NCBI RefSeq assembly: GCF_023055435.1
Contig: NW_025963813.1
Coordinates: 38,440,001 to 38,504,000 of the forward strand
Direction of reading: 5' to 3'
Length of the DNA: 64,000 nucleotides
Source of the DNA: Haliotis rufescens
Lineage: Eukaryota
This document shows, one piece after another, positions 10,569 to 22,100 of the stretch (position 1 is its first letter; each line of letters starts with the position of its first letter). Both the position numbers and the translations under genes were made by a program. The notes beneath the pieces were generated by a model, which was not told where the DNA came from, did no database searches, and saw only the letters and a program-made list of their open reading frames with translations.

Positions 10569-13500
10569 ATGAAGGTAACACTGTCAGTGCTCCTCCTGGT
10601 CACAACCTTCATGTCCTCCACATCATCGGGAGCAGTGAATGTCAGTGTCACGGTGTCCACAACACAAGCAGTGTCATTTATTGATGAACTATTTGTGGGC
10701 GTCACACTTGACTCCAGTCTCCTGCCGACCCCACAACACTGGAAAGGATTGGACTTCAGGTAAGTCAGTGAAGGTCATTGCCATAGATGACAATAGATAT
10801 CAAGTTATTGAAGATTCCTTGATTTGAAATCCATCATTTGTATTCACACTTATAGCTGAGATTTGGACACATCATATTCCTAGTTTTATTCATGCACATA
10901 ATTGATATGAAACAGACATAATTGTTTTAATCGAGCTATTGTAGATTCCTTTCATTTGAAATTGATATTTTGTATTCTTGTATTTTGGTAACGGCATAGT
11001 TCAAACTAGCAAAGCAGATGTCTACAATAAAAATGATTTCCAAGCCGTTTATCACAGAAAAAAAATATAAATATATAATAAATGCATGATGCTACTTCTG
11101 TTGTTCGTTAATTTATTTAGATAAATAGTATTCTCTTTGGATAGGTAACCAAGGCATGCGGTATAGCACATATAAACCTGCTCAATTATTTATGACGTAT
11201 GTCCTGTATCACGCTATTGCTTTACCTCCAGCTCTCAAAAAGTTCAGGCACTGGCTAAAGGCTTGTCTCCATGCTATCTGAGGATTGGAGGAACTGAAGG
11301 TGACAGCCTGACCTTTGACCCTACCGGTAATGGCACAGTAGATGTCAATCGTTCATTTACAGGTGCGTACATCTACTAAAGATATATATAGTTTGTCTTG
11401 TTGTTGTATTGCGGATGGATAAACCTTTGATTTTATTGTCACTGAGGTAGGATAAGAGGTGGTTCAAATATTAGAGCATCAGATGTGTTTGGGTGCTGTT
11501 ACTACAGTTGTATCTGCAGGAGCTACCTGATGTGTTTGGGTGCTGTTACTACAGCTGTATCTGCAGGAGCTACCTGATATGTTTGGTGCTGTTACTACAG
11601 TTGTATCTGCAGGAGCTACCTGATGTGTTTGGGTGCTGTTACTACAGTTGTATCTGCAGGAGCTACCTGATGTGTTTGGGTGCTGTTACTACAGTTGTAT
11701 CTGCAGGAGCTACCTGATATATTTGGGTGCTGTTACTACAGTTGTATCTGCAGGAGCTACCTGATGTGTTTGGGTGCTGTTACTGCAGTTGTATCTGCAG
11801 GAGCTACCTGATGTGTTTGGGTGCTGTTACTACAGTTCTATCTACAGGAGCTACCTGGGATGCTGTAAATACATTTGCCCAGGATGTGAACTGGAACTTT
11901 ATATTCGGTCTGAACGCCCTGAAGAGGAAGGAGGGACAGTGGGATCCTACTAACGCAAAGGAACTGCTGCAATACAACAGTGCGAAGGGGTACCAGCTGG
12001 CAGGTTTTGAACTCGGAAACGGTATGTATATAACTAAATACACGGATATATATGATTGAATATAAATTCAATATACAACTAATAAAGAAATAAAATTAAA
12101 TGTGCCAAAACGTTTGAACATCTGATGACATTTCTTTCATGAATCTGAGAAATTACCTTTTGCCCCTTAATTTCATACACAGAAAAATCAAGGAAAATAT
12201 CGCAATTTTACAAGATTTATGACTTGCCAATAACATCTCGTGACATTAATTCAGAAGTGTAACTGGTTACAGAACCTGACTTATTCCCTGGGCAATATAA
12301 CATCACTGTCAGCGGCAGTCAGTTAGGTAAGGACTTCTATACCTTCAAGAAGCTGCTCCGATCGACACCAGGGTATGAGGTGACACCAGTTATCGGACCT
12401 GACATGGCCTCTATAACTGGAGCAAAATCACAGTTCTTTGCTGAGTAAGTAGACTGAACTGACAATGTTGTCAATGAATTTACCTAAGGGTCGTGGCCAT
12501 ACAGTTTGACAAAAGAGTAAACCTCAATTCTGGTCGCAAAACATAACCCCCGAACAAAAACAAATGCACCACCTGCACGTGGAACACGATGGTGGACCCA
12601 TTGTTACAGCACCCGATGGCAATTAGAAAGAAACACCAAGACAACCTAGTAGAAAACATAATACCTAAATAATTAATATATTATAATAAACTGATGCTTT
12701 TTGTAGCCACCCAGTCAATGTGATATATCAATTTGGAGAATTATGGATGTAGAATCGTAGTCCCTTTTGTTCTGAAATACGTATAGTACTGGTTTATCTC
12801 ACGTGGTTGCTGTAGAAATATCTGTTGTGCTGTGAAGAGACAAAACCTACCTTCGTATTCGTCAGTTTGTCACGTAGAGTTGGATCTATGGTTTGAAGTA
12901 ACATACATGCACAATCGCTGTTTGAAGACATAACAGATTACAGCAACTCACACAACAATGCCCACTTTGTTTCCTCAGTTTCTTCACAGGAGGGGGAGAC
13001 AAGGCCGTGGACAGGATAACTTTTCACCAGTAGGTTGTTTACTTTAGAATCTATGTATTGTTCTAGACTACTTAACCTGTACCGGTTTTTCATTAAGTGA
13101 ATGGTCAAATATTATGTTTGTTGTAATTAAAATGCTTTGTATAAAGTTCATGGAATACTGACACGTTGCCCAAGTCAAATCTAGGAAAGTCCACAAATGC
13201 AATATTACACAGGAAGTTTACTTTCTGCTCTAAAAAAGTCAACCATCTCTGTTTATCATCACATTAACTGATTGAATAACGTAAGCCATGCCACCAAGTA
13301 TATGTACATGTTTTACCTGTTTGTGACATTTCCTACCAACCAAAGAAGATGAACCATGGTCATCAAACCTATCGATGTTTCTAACAGATACTACACCAGT
13401 GGCGAAACGGCAAACCTCACAGATTTTACTGATTCCAAGTTAATGGATAACCTGGTCACTTATATAGAGACGGTGTTGGATGTGACAAGACGCACCAACC

Positions 13501-16337
13501 CACTTACCCCAGTCTGGTTGGGAGAAACATCCTCCTGTTATCATGGCGGTGCCCCGGGAATCTCAGACAGATATGCCGCTGGGTTTCTGTGCGTACAACT
13601 TTAGCATATACACTTCCTACCTTGGTCAACTATACACGCATACTGATAATGAATATTGGTTCATGTCGTCTATCTAGGGCTGAAATATTGTAGATATGAA
13701 GAGATGACACAAAGATAAGATTTGTCTTCGGATGTAAGGACGGTTGTGATGTAATAGAATAGACGTGTGTGTGTTTAGATGCAACATATACACCACCTGT
13801 TGAAAGTGTACCCTTTTCAGGTGGCTGGACAAGCTTGGTGTTGCTGCTCGGATGGGACTGAAGACAGTTCTCAGACAGGATTTCTACGCAGCAAGCTATG
13901 GACTTATTGACAATGATACGTTTGAGCCATTGCCTGTAAGTACAGAACCAACCAGATTTCTTATTTCTTTCTTGAATATACATTTACACGACGTCACATC
14001 TTCTGGACAGTTCTTTCCTCTTGGTGTCATTCCTTACTTTCAGTGATCACACTGCACACTCTGATTTTACCGTTTCCATGTTAACGGATCACCTGATCAG
14101 TTATATAGAGACAGCTATGGATGTGTCAAGACGTACCAGCCAACCTACCCTTTCTTGGGGAGACATCCTCCTGTTATGATGGAGGTACACTTGGAATATC
14201 AGACATATATGTAGCATCTATAAAAAACAATCACTGATTTTCAGTACTGCATGAATATAGATTCACCGTTATGTTGCCTTCAAGCCAAATGGAATCTATT
14301 TCGCTTTTAAAATCGAGACTGGTTATTCTCTAGCATTGGCGTTGTATAATTATGGTATGAGTGAATCACGACCATGTAATCTGACTGATAATTCTGCAAC
14401 AGGTTGTGACACAATTGGTCAAAGTGGGTTGAGTGTTATGCATTTATCTCATGGAATGAAATCATTAGCCACCTTCTAAGGATGATGAAGCCTAATTGCT
14501 GCTGGGGCGGTCGGGTAGCCTAGTGGTTAAAGCTTTCGCTCGTCACGCCGAAGACCCGGGTTCGATTTCCGACATGGGTACAATGTGTGAAGCCCATTCC
14601 TGGTGTCCCCCGCCGTGATATTGCTGGAATATTGCGGGGTAAAACCATATTCACTCACTCACTAATTGCTGCAAGATTGCTCATGCGGCTCGACGCAAGA
14701 ATCACTCACTCGATTGATGTTATCATGTTATGACCTTCTTGGACATATAGACGTCTATATTAGCAAACCATTATCTTCACTATCATCTGATGTATCGATG
14801 AAAAATAATCATTTTCTCAAGTTGAAAACATGACCAAATATGAGTGGAGAAAGAGAATAAAAATGACTGAGCTGAAATATTGAAAACATGTTACAATAAT
14901 CAATATTTCAGCTTAGTCAGTGTGATAAAGCCTTTCCTCTTCCAAGACGCACTCTTCTGTATATGTCACAACCTAAGTACCTTAAGAAAAAATGAACGTT
15001 TAACATAGCGAAATGTAGTTGCAGTGCATTTTTTTTTCTACATCGATATTAATGACAAATGATGAGTTAGTTTTATTCAATCTGTTTTTTTACTGCAGGA
15101 CTACTGGTTAACCGTCCTGTATAAGAGACTCGTGGGAGGCGCCGTGTTTTCAGTAGAGGCGACCGTGGACAACAGCACCATCAGGGCCTACGCCCACTGC
15201 ACAAAGCCTTCCATGTAACTTGACAACCAAAATTACAACTGTAACCAGACATCGTAATGCATCAGGCTGCAAACACGAACATTCATAATAACAAACTATC
15301 GAATGAGATAAAGGCTATGTGAGGTGAGATACCATAAAACAGGGTTTAACATAAGATTATTGCGGGTTACAGGGTAACAACAAGTGCCATCTTTTGACGT
15401 CTTCTGACATGACGCGGCCGGGGAACGGATGAAAAGGGCAACATTATTGATGACCATTGGTCCTCATTATCCTTTATTTGTAATTCACGTGGTAACATAG
15501 TTCTCCTTCCGTCCGCAATCACGAAATCAAATGAGTTCATTTACATGCAAAGTGAATTAGTCCGCTATTACTTCGTGTTGTGTTTTAGTTCCTATGGCTA
15601 CATGCCCGGCGGTGTGACGATGTATTTCCTGCTGACCACAGACAACAACACCTCCATAACGTTCCCACAGTTTCCCGACCAACCTGTAGACGTGTTCTGG
15701 TTGACGCCAGTCGATGGACTCACTAGCAGGTAAGACCCCAACCAACCTGTAGACGTGTTCTGGTTGACGCCAGTCGATGGACTCACTAGCAGGTAAGACC
15801 CCAACCAACCTGTAGACGTGTTCTGGTTGACGCCAGTCGATGGACTCACTAGCAGGTAAGATTCCCAGCGAAGGTATAGAAGTCGTCTAGTTCACACTTG
15901 TCCTTGGACTCACCAGACGTCCTCTGGTTCACACCAATCGATGTCACTAGTATGTAATTTCCCAAACTAACTTTTACACTAATATATGAATGAGTTGCAG
16001 GTTGTAAGAGTAAGTCGGTACTTTCTTCTTGAAAACCACAGAAAACCATTCGTGAAATTATCATATATGTATTGGTTTACTATAACATACACATGTGATA
16101 CATGAACGTTACAAACTATAATTGTTCACAAAGTAGCATGTCAGCTCATGTTCAGTTCTCTGTTTTTACCATGTTAGGAAGGTGGCCTTGAACAACAAGC
16201 AGCTTGACCTTGTCAATAATTCGCTGCCGGAGCTGAAACCTTACAGGACAGAAGAAAACACCATCACCTTCCCCGGGAAGTCATTCGGGTTCCTCGTCTT
16301 CCCTGAGGCTAACGTAGCCTCCTGCAGTAGCCAGTAA
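10569..16337 (+). CDS. HPSE: Heparanase-like GH79 gene B, complete, 10 exons, 483 aa
   Basis: Exons 10569-10759, 11232-11362, 11848-12021, 12273-12444, 12979-13029, 13388-13588, 13821-13935, 15099-15214, 15589-15729, 16178-16337 total 1452 nt and are open throughout. Motifs YLRIGGT, FELGNEPD, ITFHQYY, WLGETSS, WLDKLG, PDYW, YAHC; signal peptide; all introns GT-AG. Confidence 0.93.
11482..11856 (+). repeat. Minisatellite, 8 x 47 bp, made of the exon 3 splice acceptor of gene B
   Basis: Unit GATGTGTTTGGGTGCTGTTACTACAGTTGTATCTGCAG|GAGCTACCT. Confidence 0.92.
14062..14215 (+). pseudogene. Degenerate duplicate of gene B exon 6 inside intron 7
   Basis: Colinear with 13423-13580 (gattttac...ttatatagagac...acatcctcctgttatgatggaggt...atatcagaca), with a deletion across the PVWLGE region. 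Confidence 0.8.
14504..14661 (+). mobile_element. Short tRNA-derived SINE family 1
   Basis: GGGTAGCCTAGTGGTTAAAGC...GGGTTCGATT head, (ACTC)n tail, 11-bp TSD CTAATTGCTGC. Other copies at about 2430-2560(-), 5548-5708(-), 5765-5900(+), 50940-51025(+), 53570-53730(+), 63910-63965(-). Confidence 0.85.
15679..15861 (+). repeat. 3 x 63-bp tandem repeat of the exon 9 end plus donor of gene B
   Basis: GT donors at 15730, 15793, 15856; degenerate fourth copy near 15910-15958. Confidence 0.92.
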
Positions 16338-16389
16338 TGACGTTCAGAGAATGAGAGAACAAACCTGTATTTTCTGCGCCTGCTATGGA

Positions 16390-16395
16390 AATAAA
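16390..16395 (+). promoter_or_regulatory. Polyadenylation signal of gene B
   Basis: AATAAA about 50 nt after the stop codon, followed by T-rich sequence. Confidence 0.6.
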
Positions 16396-16439
16396 TCTTA
16401 ATATTATTGATTCACTTATCTGTTTCTGTCCGACTGAAT

Positions 16440-17360
16440 CATTGCATAGATCTTGTACTTTGTTTTAATCTTCGATTTGGTTTAAATCTGGAGACCTAGA
16501 GGGCCAAGGGAGAACCTGGATGTTGTGATTTGTGAAAAAGGCTGTTGCTTTGTGAAGCGTTGCCTTGTTGGAAAATGACGTTCGCTTGTTGCACGAAAAC
16601 TCCACCGTGTAACTTTGTGTCGTTAAATTCCCCAGAAGTTGCACCAAGTCTGTTCTGCCAGTGTAAGAGATGATTGCCAACAACCACCACTAATATCTGT
16701 CCATTTTCTGCATGCAGTTTCGTGCATAGCGTTCCCCGCGACGCCTGTAAACACGATGTCTTCTATCCTCACGGCGAAGCATAAAAAAAGCGACCATCGC
16801 AGTTGTGGCTATAATCACATCATCGACGTCCAAGCCGACGTCACAAGGACACCTCGAACTTGTCCGTCTAGCGGGAAGACCTTCAACGGTTCCTCACTGT
16901 CACTGTCCTGGTATTGCCGTAGTTGTAGGGGTGGTTTTGTCGGTTCCTTCGCGTAAGTGGCGTAGCTGTATGAACCTGTCCTGCGCTCCACTTGTGATAT
17001 GTGGTTGACCGGATCTGGGAAAGCCACATGTTGTCCAGTGTGTCTGATGACGGTTTCACAGTCTTGTAATTGTGCCATGTGCTACGTGTAAAAGCCTGGC
17101 TACGACCAAATATGATTTACCTGTTTGTTGTCAATCTTTTCACCAAATTTCTTCAATACCTCATTCCTTCACACAAATCAGTCCCAATCCATGCAGAAAT
17201 GACTATTTCGTTTTACGTATTAATTTTTTTTATGGATGTCGGAAACACTCTATTTATGTTTACAATTTTTCTGCTTTTCTGTTTCTATTTTTTGCAGAGT
17301 ATTACCCAACAACTAAACATCACTGTTTGCTATTAAATGATTTGATACTGAGTATTTGAG
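16440..17360 (-). mobile_element. Decayed Tc1/mariner transposon
   Basis: VLPWPSRSPDLNQIED is the Tc1 WPxxSPDLNPIE motif; frameshifted; boundaries approximate. Confidence 0.7.
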
Positions 17361-19177
17361 TATGTATGTATTTCTTCTTTGGATTGAGTATTGATTCTGT
17401 GATAAAAAGGTACATTCACTGACCATTTTACCCCCAAATAGTTTACATGTATCACTATTTACAAAACAGTATGTAATTACGTGCACTTGTCACCTGTGAG
17501 TACACTGTTAGATACATTTGGTGCCTGCATACTTTGGGTGAACGTTACACCATCTGCATCCGTGCCCCAAATGCGGAGTATGCAGGGAGAAAACGCTCGA
17601 GCAAGGGTCTTTAACTGTGTTGACCTGAATGTCAAAATGGAATCTGTAGAAGGAACAGGTCATCAATATCAACAATGACTGAAAGATTGTCACACTTACA
17701 CTACCCACCCTACCCCGCCACAACAATTCATTGTAAAGGTAAAATAAATCTAAGCTCATGCTACGTTTATCATAACGTCGGTCAGTTTGGTTTCACGCGT
17801 ATTTAATCAATATTTCAGTTATATCATGGCGTCTCAGCTTGACGTCAGAACCCACCATTATGTCATGCGGCGGCGGTCTGTAAATAATCGAGTCTGAACC
17901 AGACAATCCAGTGATTGATGTCATGAGCATCGACCCATGCAATTGGGATACCATGACATGCATCAACCAAGTCAGCGAGCCTGACCACCAATCCCGTTAG
18001 CCGCCTCTTACGACAAGCATAGTCGCCTTTTACGGCAAGCATGGGTTGCTGAAGACCTATTCTACCCAGGATCTTCCCGTCTATCGATGCAGTAGCAGGT
18101 ATAGCTATATCTAGTAATTTCAACGAACATAATTGGATACATTACCTATAGATCAGGGGGTTAAAACAGAGATATTGTAAATACGACCGTGTGCATAACA
18201 CATGCAATGATCACAGTGCATATATTAGGGTAATAATAAACAGTACTGAATGTAAATATTTAGCTGTGCTAGGCAATTCTCTGCCATGAGATAGATGCGT
18301 GATAATCGAAGTGTTGGCTACATGGGGCAGGCCCATGTTTCTAACGGGTGTACCAGAAACCATTGTAGAAAGCAAAACTTATAGCCAGATATCAATTCCT
18401 AACATCTGGCATTGATACCTTTGGACACTGTCACCCAGGACGTTAACCCGTGAAGATCCGGGTTAGAATAAGCCTTTAGCAACGACTGACCTCGTGTCAT
18501 TGACAAACTGCTGATAAACTGATAAAACAACTGGTTTACTTCAGTTCGATGATGGGATTTTTTTAATCAGAAATGAACTGCTCATGACGGATGCCACTAG
18601 TGGAGCAGGATACGCTGACCTTTTCGCATGACCCATGATAACCGGGGTAGAATAGGTCTTCAGCAACCCATGCCTGCCGTGAAAGGCGACTTTGCTTGCC
18701 GTAAGACTAACGGAATCGGGTGGTCAGGCTCACTGACTTGGTTGAAACATGTCATCGATCCCAATTGCATGGATCGATGTTCATAATGTCAATCACTGCA
18801 TTGTCTGGTCCAGACTCGATTATTTACAGACCGCCGTCATACAGCTGGAATACTGCTGAGTGCGGCGTTAAACAACAAACAAACCTAGGACGTAAGGTGT
18901 CATTCTCCAGGACCACTCTTCCTTGCATCCAATTCAAAGCGGACATTGTGTTGATGGGGCTGTGGCATTTATTGAAAGCGGATTCTGTATACTTTAAGTG
19001 TATGTGTTGTTTTTTAACATATGTGCCTTCAGTACTTGTCTAGTATTGTCTATTACTGTAATCATTATATATAAAATGTGCACGAGTGCGGAATGCTAAC
19101 TACAAAGGAAAATTTGAAAGATTTGTAATGTAACATTGGTTTAATGTAATCTACATTACAATTAATACCAGTCAGCA

Positions 19178-22100
19178 TCACTTGCAGATATCAACATCCG
19201 CATCAGGAAACACAGCAAACCCGAAGGTCCTTGCTGGCAGCATGAGGAGCCCGCCATAGGCCTTTTGAGGGGGCATGTCGGGGATGGTGTTGTTCACATA
19301 ATCCAGTCGTTTACCATTTAGTGTCACATTCCTGAAATTACAATGTCAGTGTCATATATCAAACGGTATATCTGTGCCAATAAGACGCCAACCACTTCCC
19401 AAACGACGACAACACATCAGCTATTCGGATTACAATGGTTAATAAAATGTACGTGACATTATAGGTCACGTCTATCTATGTAGTGCGTAATGTAAAGGCA
19501 AGGACAAAGCGTTATTGTTAGGTGTTATTATTATTATTATTTTCATCTCTATGGCATGAAATATTAGCAAACCCGACTGACGTTAGCCTTTGTTACAAAG
19601 TGTTTAAAGTGTTCTGAATAGTTTCTTTGTGACATCACGTATCCGTATACTTGCCTTGAAGTAAGGTCTATGAACTCTGGTCTGAGCCAGAAGAGATCCA
19701 TATTCTTTTGGAATTGTGGGAAGGTGGCGACGGTGGTGTAGATGTTGACGTTGACGATGTAGACTACAACACTACCCGGCTTGTAGTTGTACACGCTGTG
19801 AAAAAATATGTGGAACATTGTTGGACAAAAAATGGTTAATATAGTTAAGCACTTCCGAATTCGATGTCATTAAATTACAAGCACCTCATGAAAATGTGTG
19901 ACGGCAGTGCAGATATGTTAAATGTTCTTTATGTTGATGATTGAATTTAAAGAGGAAGTGACTGAAACATAAATATTTGTCTCCTGCATACTGACTACCC
20001 CATCAGCACATCCCAAGGAGGAGATATTTTGTTCTAGAAGTTGATGTTCAAATATAAAAAGGACACTGACTATCCCACTCAACACCTTCCAACTGTGTAC
20101 CTGTTCTGTTTGGCACAGTGGGCGTAGACCCTGAAACTGTTGCTTGAGTTGGTCTGCACAGATAACACTTTATTCCCAACCAGTCTCTTGTAGAGCAAAG
20201 TCAGCCAGTAGTCCTGGAAAGTGACAATTGTCACACAAAGAACATACTCAGATTTATCACATGAAAGGGTCATGAGCGGGTGACAGGGTAGCAGGTTTAC
20301 CAACAGTTATCAAATACTGGACACATTGACACATAAATTGGCTACGTAAAAATAGATAGAAAGTTTCACGATATCCAATGATGTCTCTACAGTTCAAGTC
20401 AGAGACATTAGGTAAACTGACAAAGTATTTCTTAATGTATTACCGAAAGAAACTCCTTTTGCAACGAGTTTTAGATAATCCTAATGGAACAAGAATATAT
20501 GATATTTGTACCTACCGGATAAGGTTCAAACGTGTGCGGTTCGATCAGAGAATAATTTTGTCCATAGTACGATTGTCTCAAAACCCCTTTAAGTCCCATC
20601 CTTGAAGCAACCCCGAGCTTGTCTAACCATCTGAAATATTCATATCATTAATAGTCCAGGTAAGTGTAAATCAAAACATTTATGTTTTATGTTCAAAGCG
20701 AGTTGAACAAATGAAATGGAGGAGACGATTTTGCGTTCATTAGACTATCCATGTCGTCGTGCACATTCCCCAATTGCGTGGATCGATGCTCATGATATCA
20801 GTCACTGCACTGTCAGGTCCAGACTCGATTATTTACAGAAAGCCGTCATATGACTGGAATATTGCTGAGAGCGGCGTTCAGCTTACTCCTGCTTCAACAT
20901 CATTAACAAGACAAGAATGTATACCAACTGTTTACTCAGTGTTTTATGTGTGTCTGTGTATTCTGCAATGTCCAGGCCCATATGGTCTATACCCAGAGGG
21001 AAGCTGGTACTAAATATAACCTCAGCAGCATGAGTTTGGTTTGGTTGTTTGTTGTTCAAGACCGCACACAGCAATATTCCAGCTATATGACGGCGGTCTG
21101 TAAATAATCGAGTCTGGACCAGACAATCCAGTGATTGACATTAGCATCAATCCACGCAATTGGAATACAATGCGCATGAGGATCAGATGGTTACCATTCA
21201 GGAACTGACTGATTGCCTAGAATACCTTCTTTACAATCCGCACCCCTATAGTTTCTAACTGTCTCGAAAGCGAACATCCATGCACTATAAACTGGCCAAT
21301 TGATAAACCATTCGGTCGTCACTCTGTAGACCCAGGTTCGAATCCTCACATTGGAAACTTATATGAAGACCATTTCTGGTGTCCCCTGCCGTGATATTGA
21401 TGGAATAGTGCTTAAAGCTCACTCAGTCATTCGCGCACTCCAAATTTGTTTCGCCATGGAAATAATGCAGACAGACAATACTCACAGAAAGCCTGCAACA
21501 TATCTATCAGATATATCAGGTGCTCCCCCGCCATAGAAGGACGATGTCTCCCCAAGCCAAACGGGAGTGTCGGGGTTGGTAGGAGCGGTGACATTACGCA
21601 CTCTATGGATGTCAGATATCAGGCTGTCCAGCACCTTGGGGTCGAGACAGGTGTCCACTGTAACACCGACTTCGTAGGCATAGTATCTAAACATTCAAAC
21701 ATTTCAAATTCAACGCAAAGAAAAGTTCGTTTTTAAGTGTCCCTACTGCAATGGTTGACAAACGTAGTGCCGTTACATGTGTGGTTACAAAAACCTAATT
21801 AGATAAATAAGTAAGAAACTGATATAGCTTAAAACTCACTGGTGAAAGGTGATTCTGTCGACAGCTTTGCTTCCTTCACCTTTGAAGAAACTGTGAAATA
21901 GTCAATAGGAATCCCAGCATTAAACTCGTTTCAAAATCCGTTTACGGTATAGAACATGGAATATGTGACTGAATATGATGTACTGGAGTGGTGCATGGGT
22001 CATCTATATATCGTTTATCACATTGCTGTAATATAGCAGTTGGGTACCATGAGGCCTCACATTTTAATTTAATTTAACAACCCCCATGATGATGCTCTAA

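Noticed and set aside
11482-11856. CRISPR-like or Cys-rich repeat protein ORFs (11493-12059)
   Set aside because: Contiguous tandem units without unique spacers, in a eukaryotic intron; the ORFs are by-products of the repeated splice acceptor.
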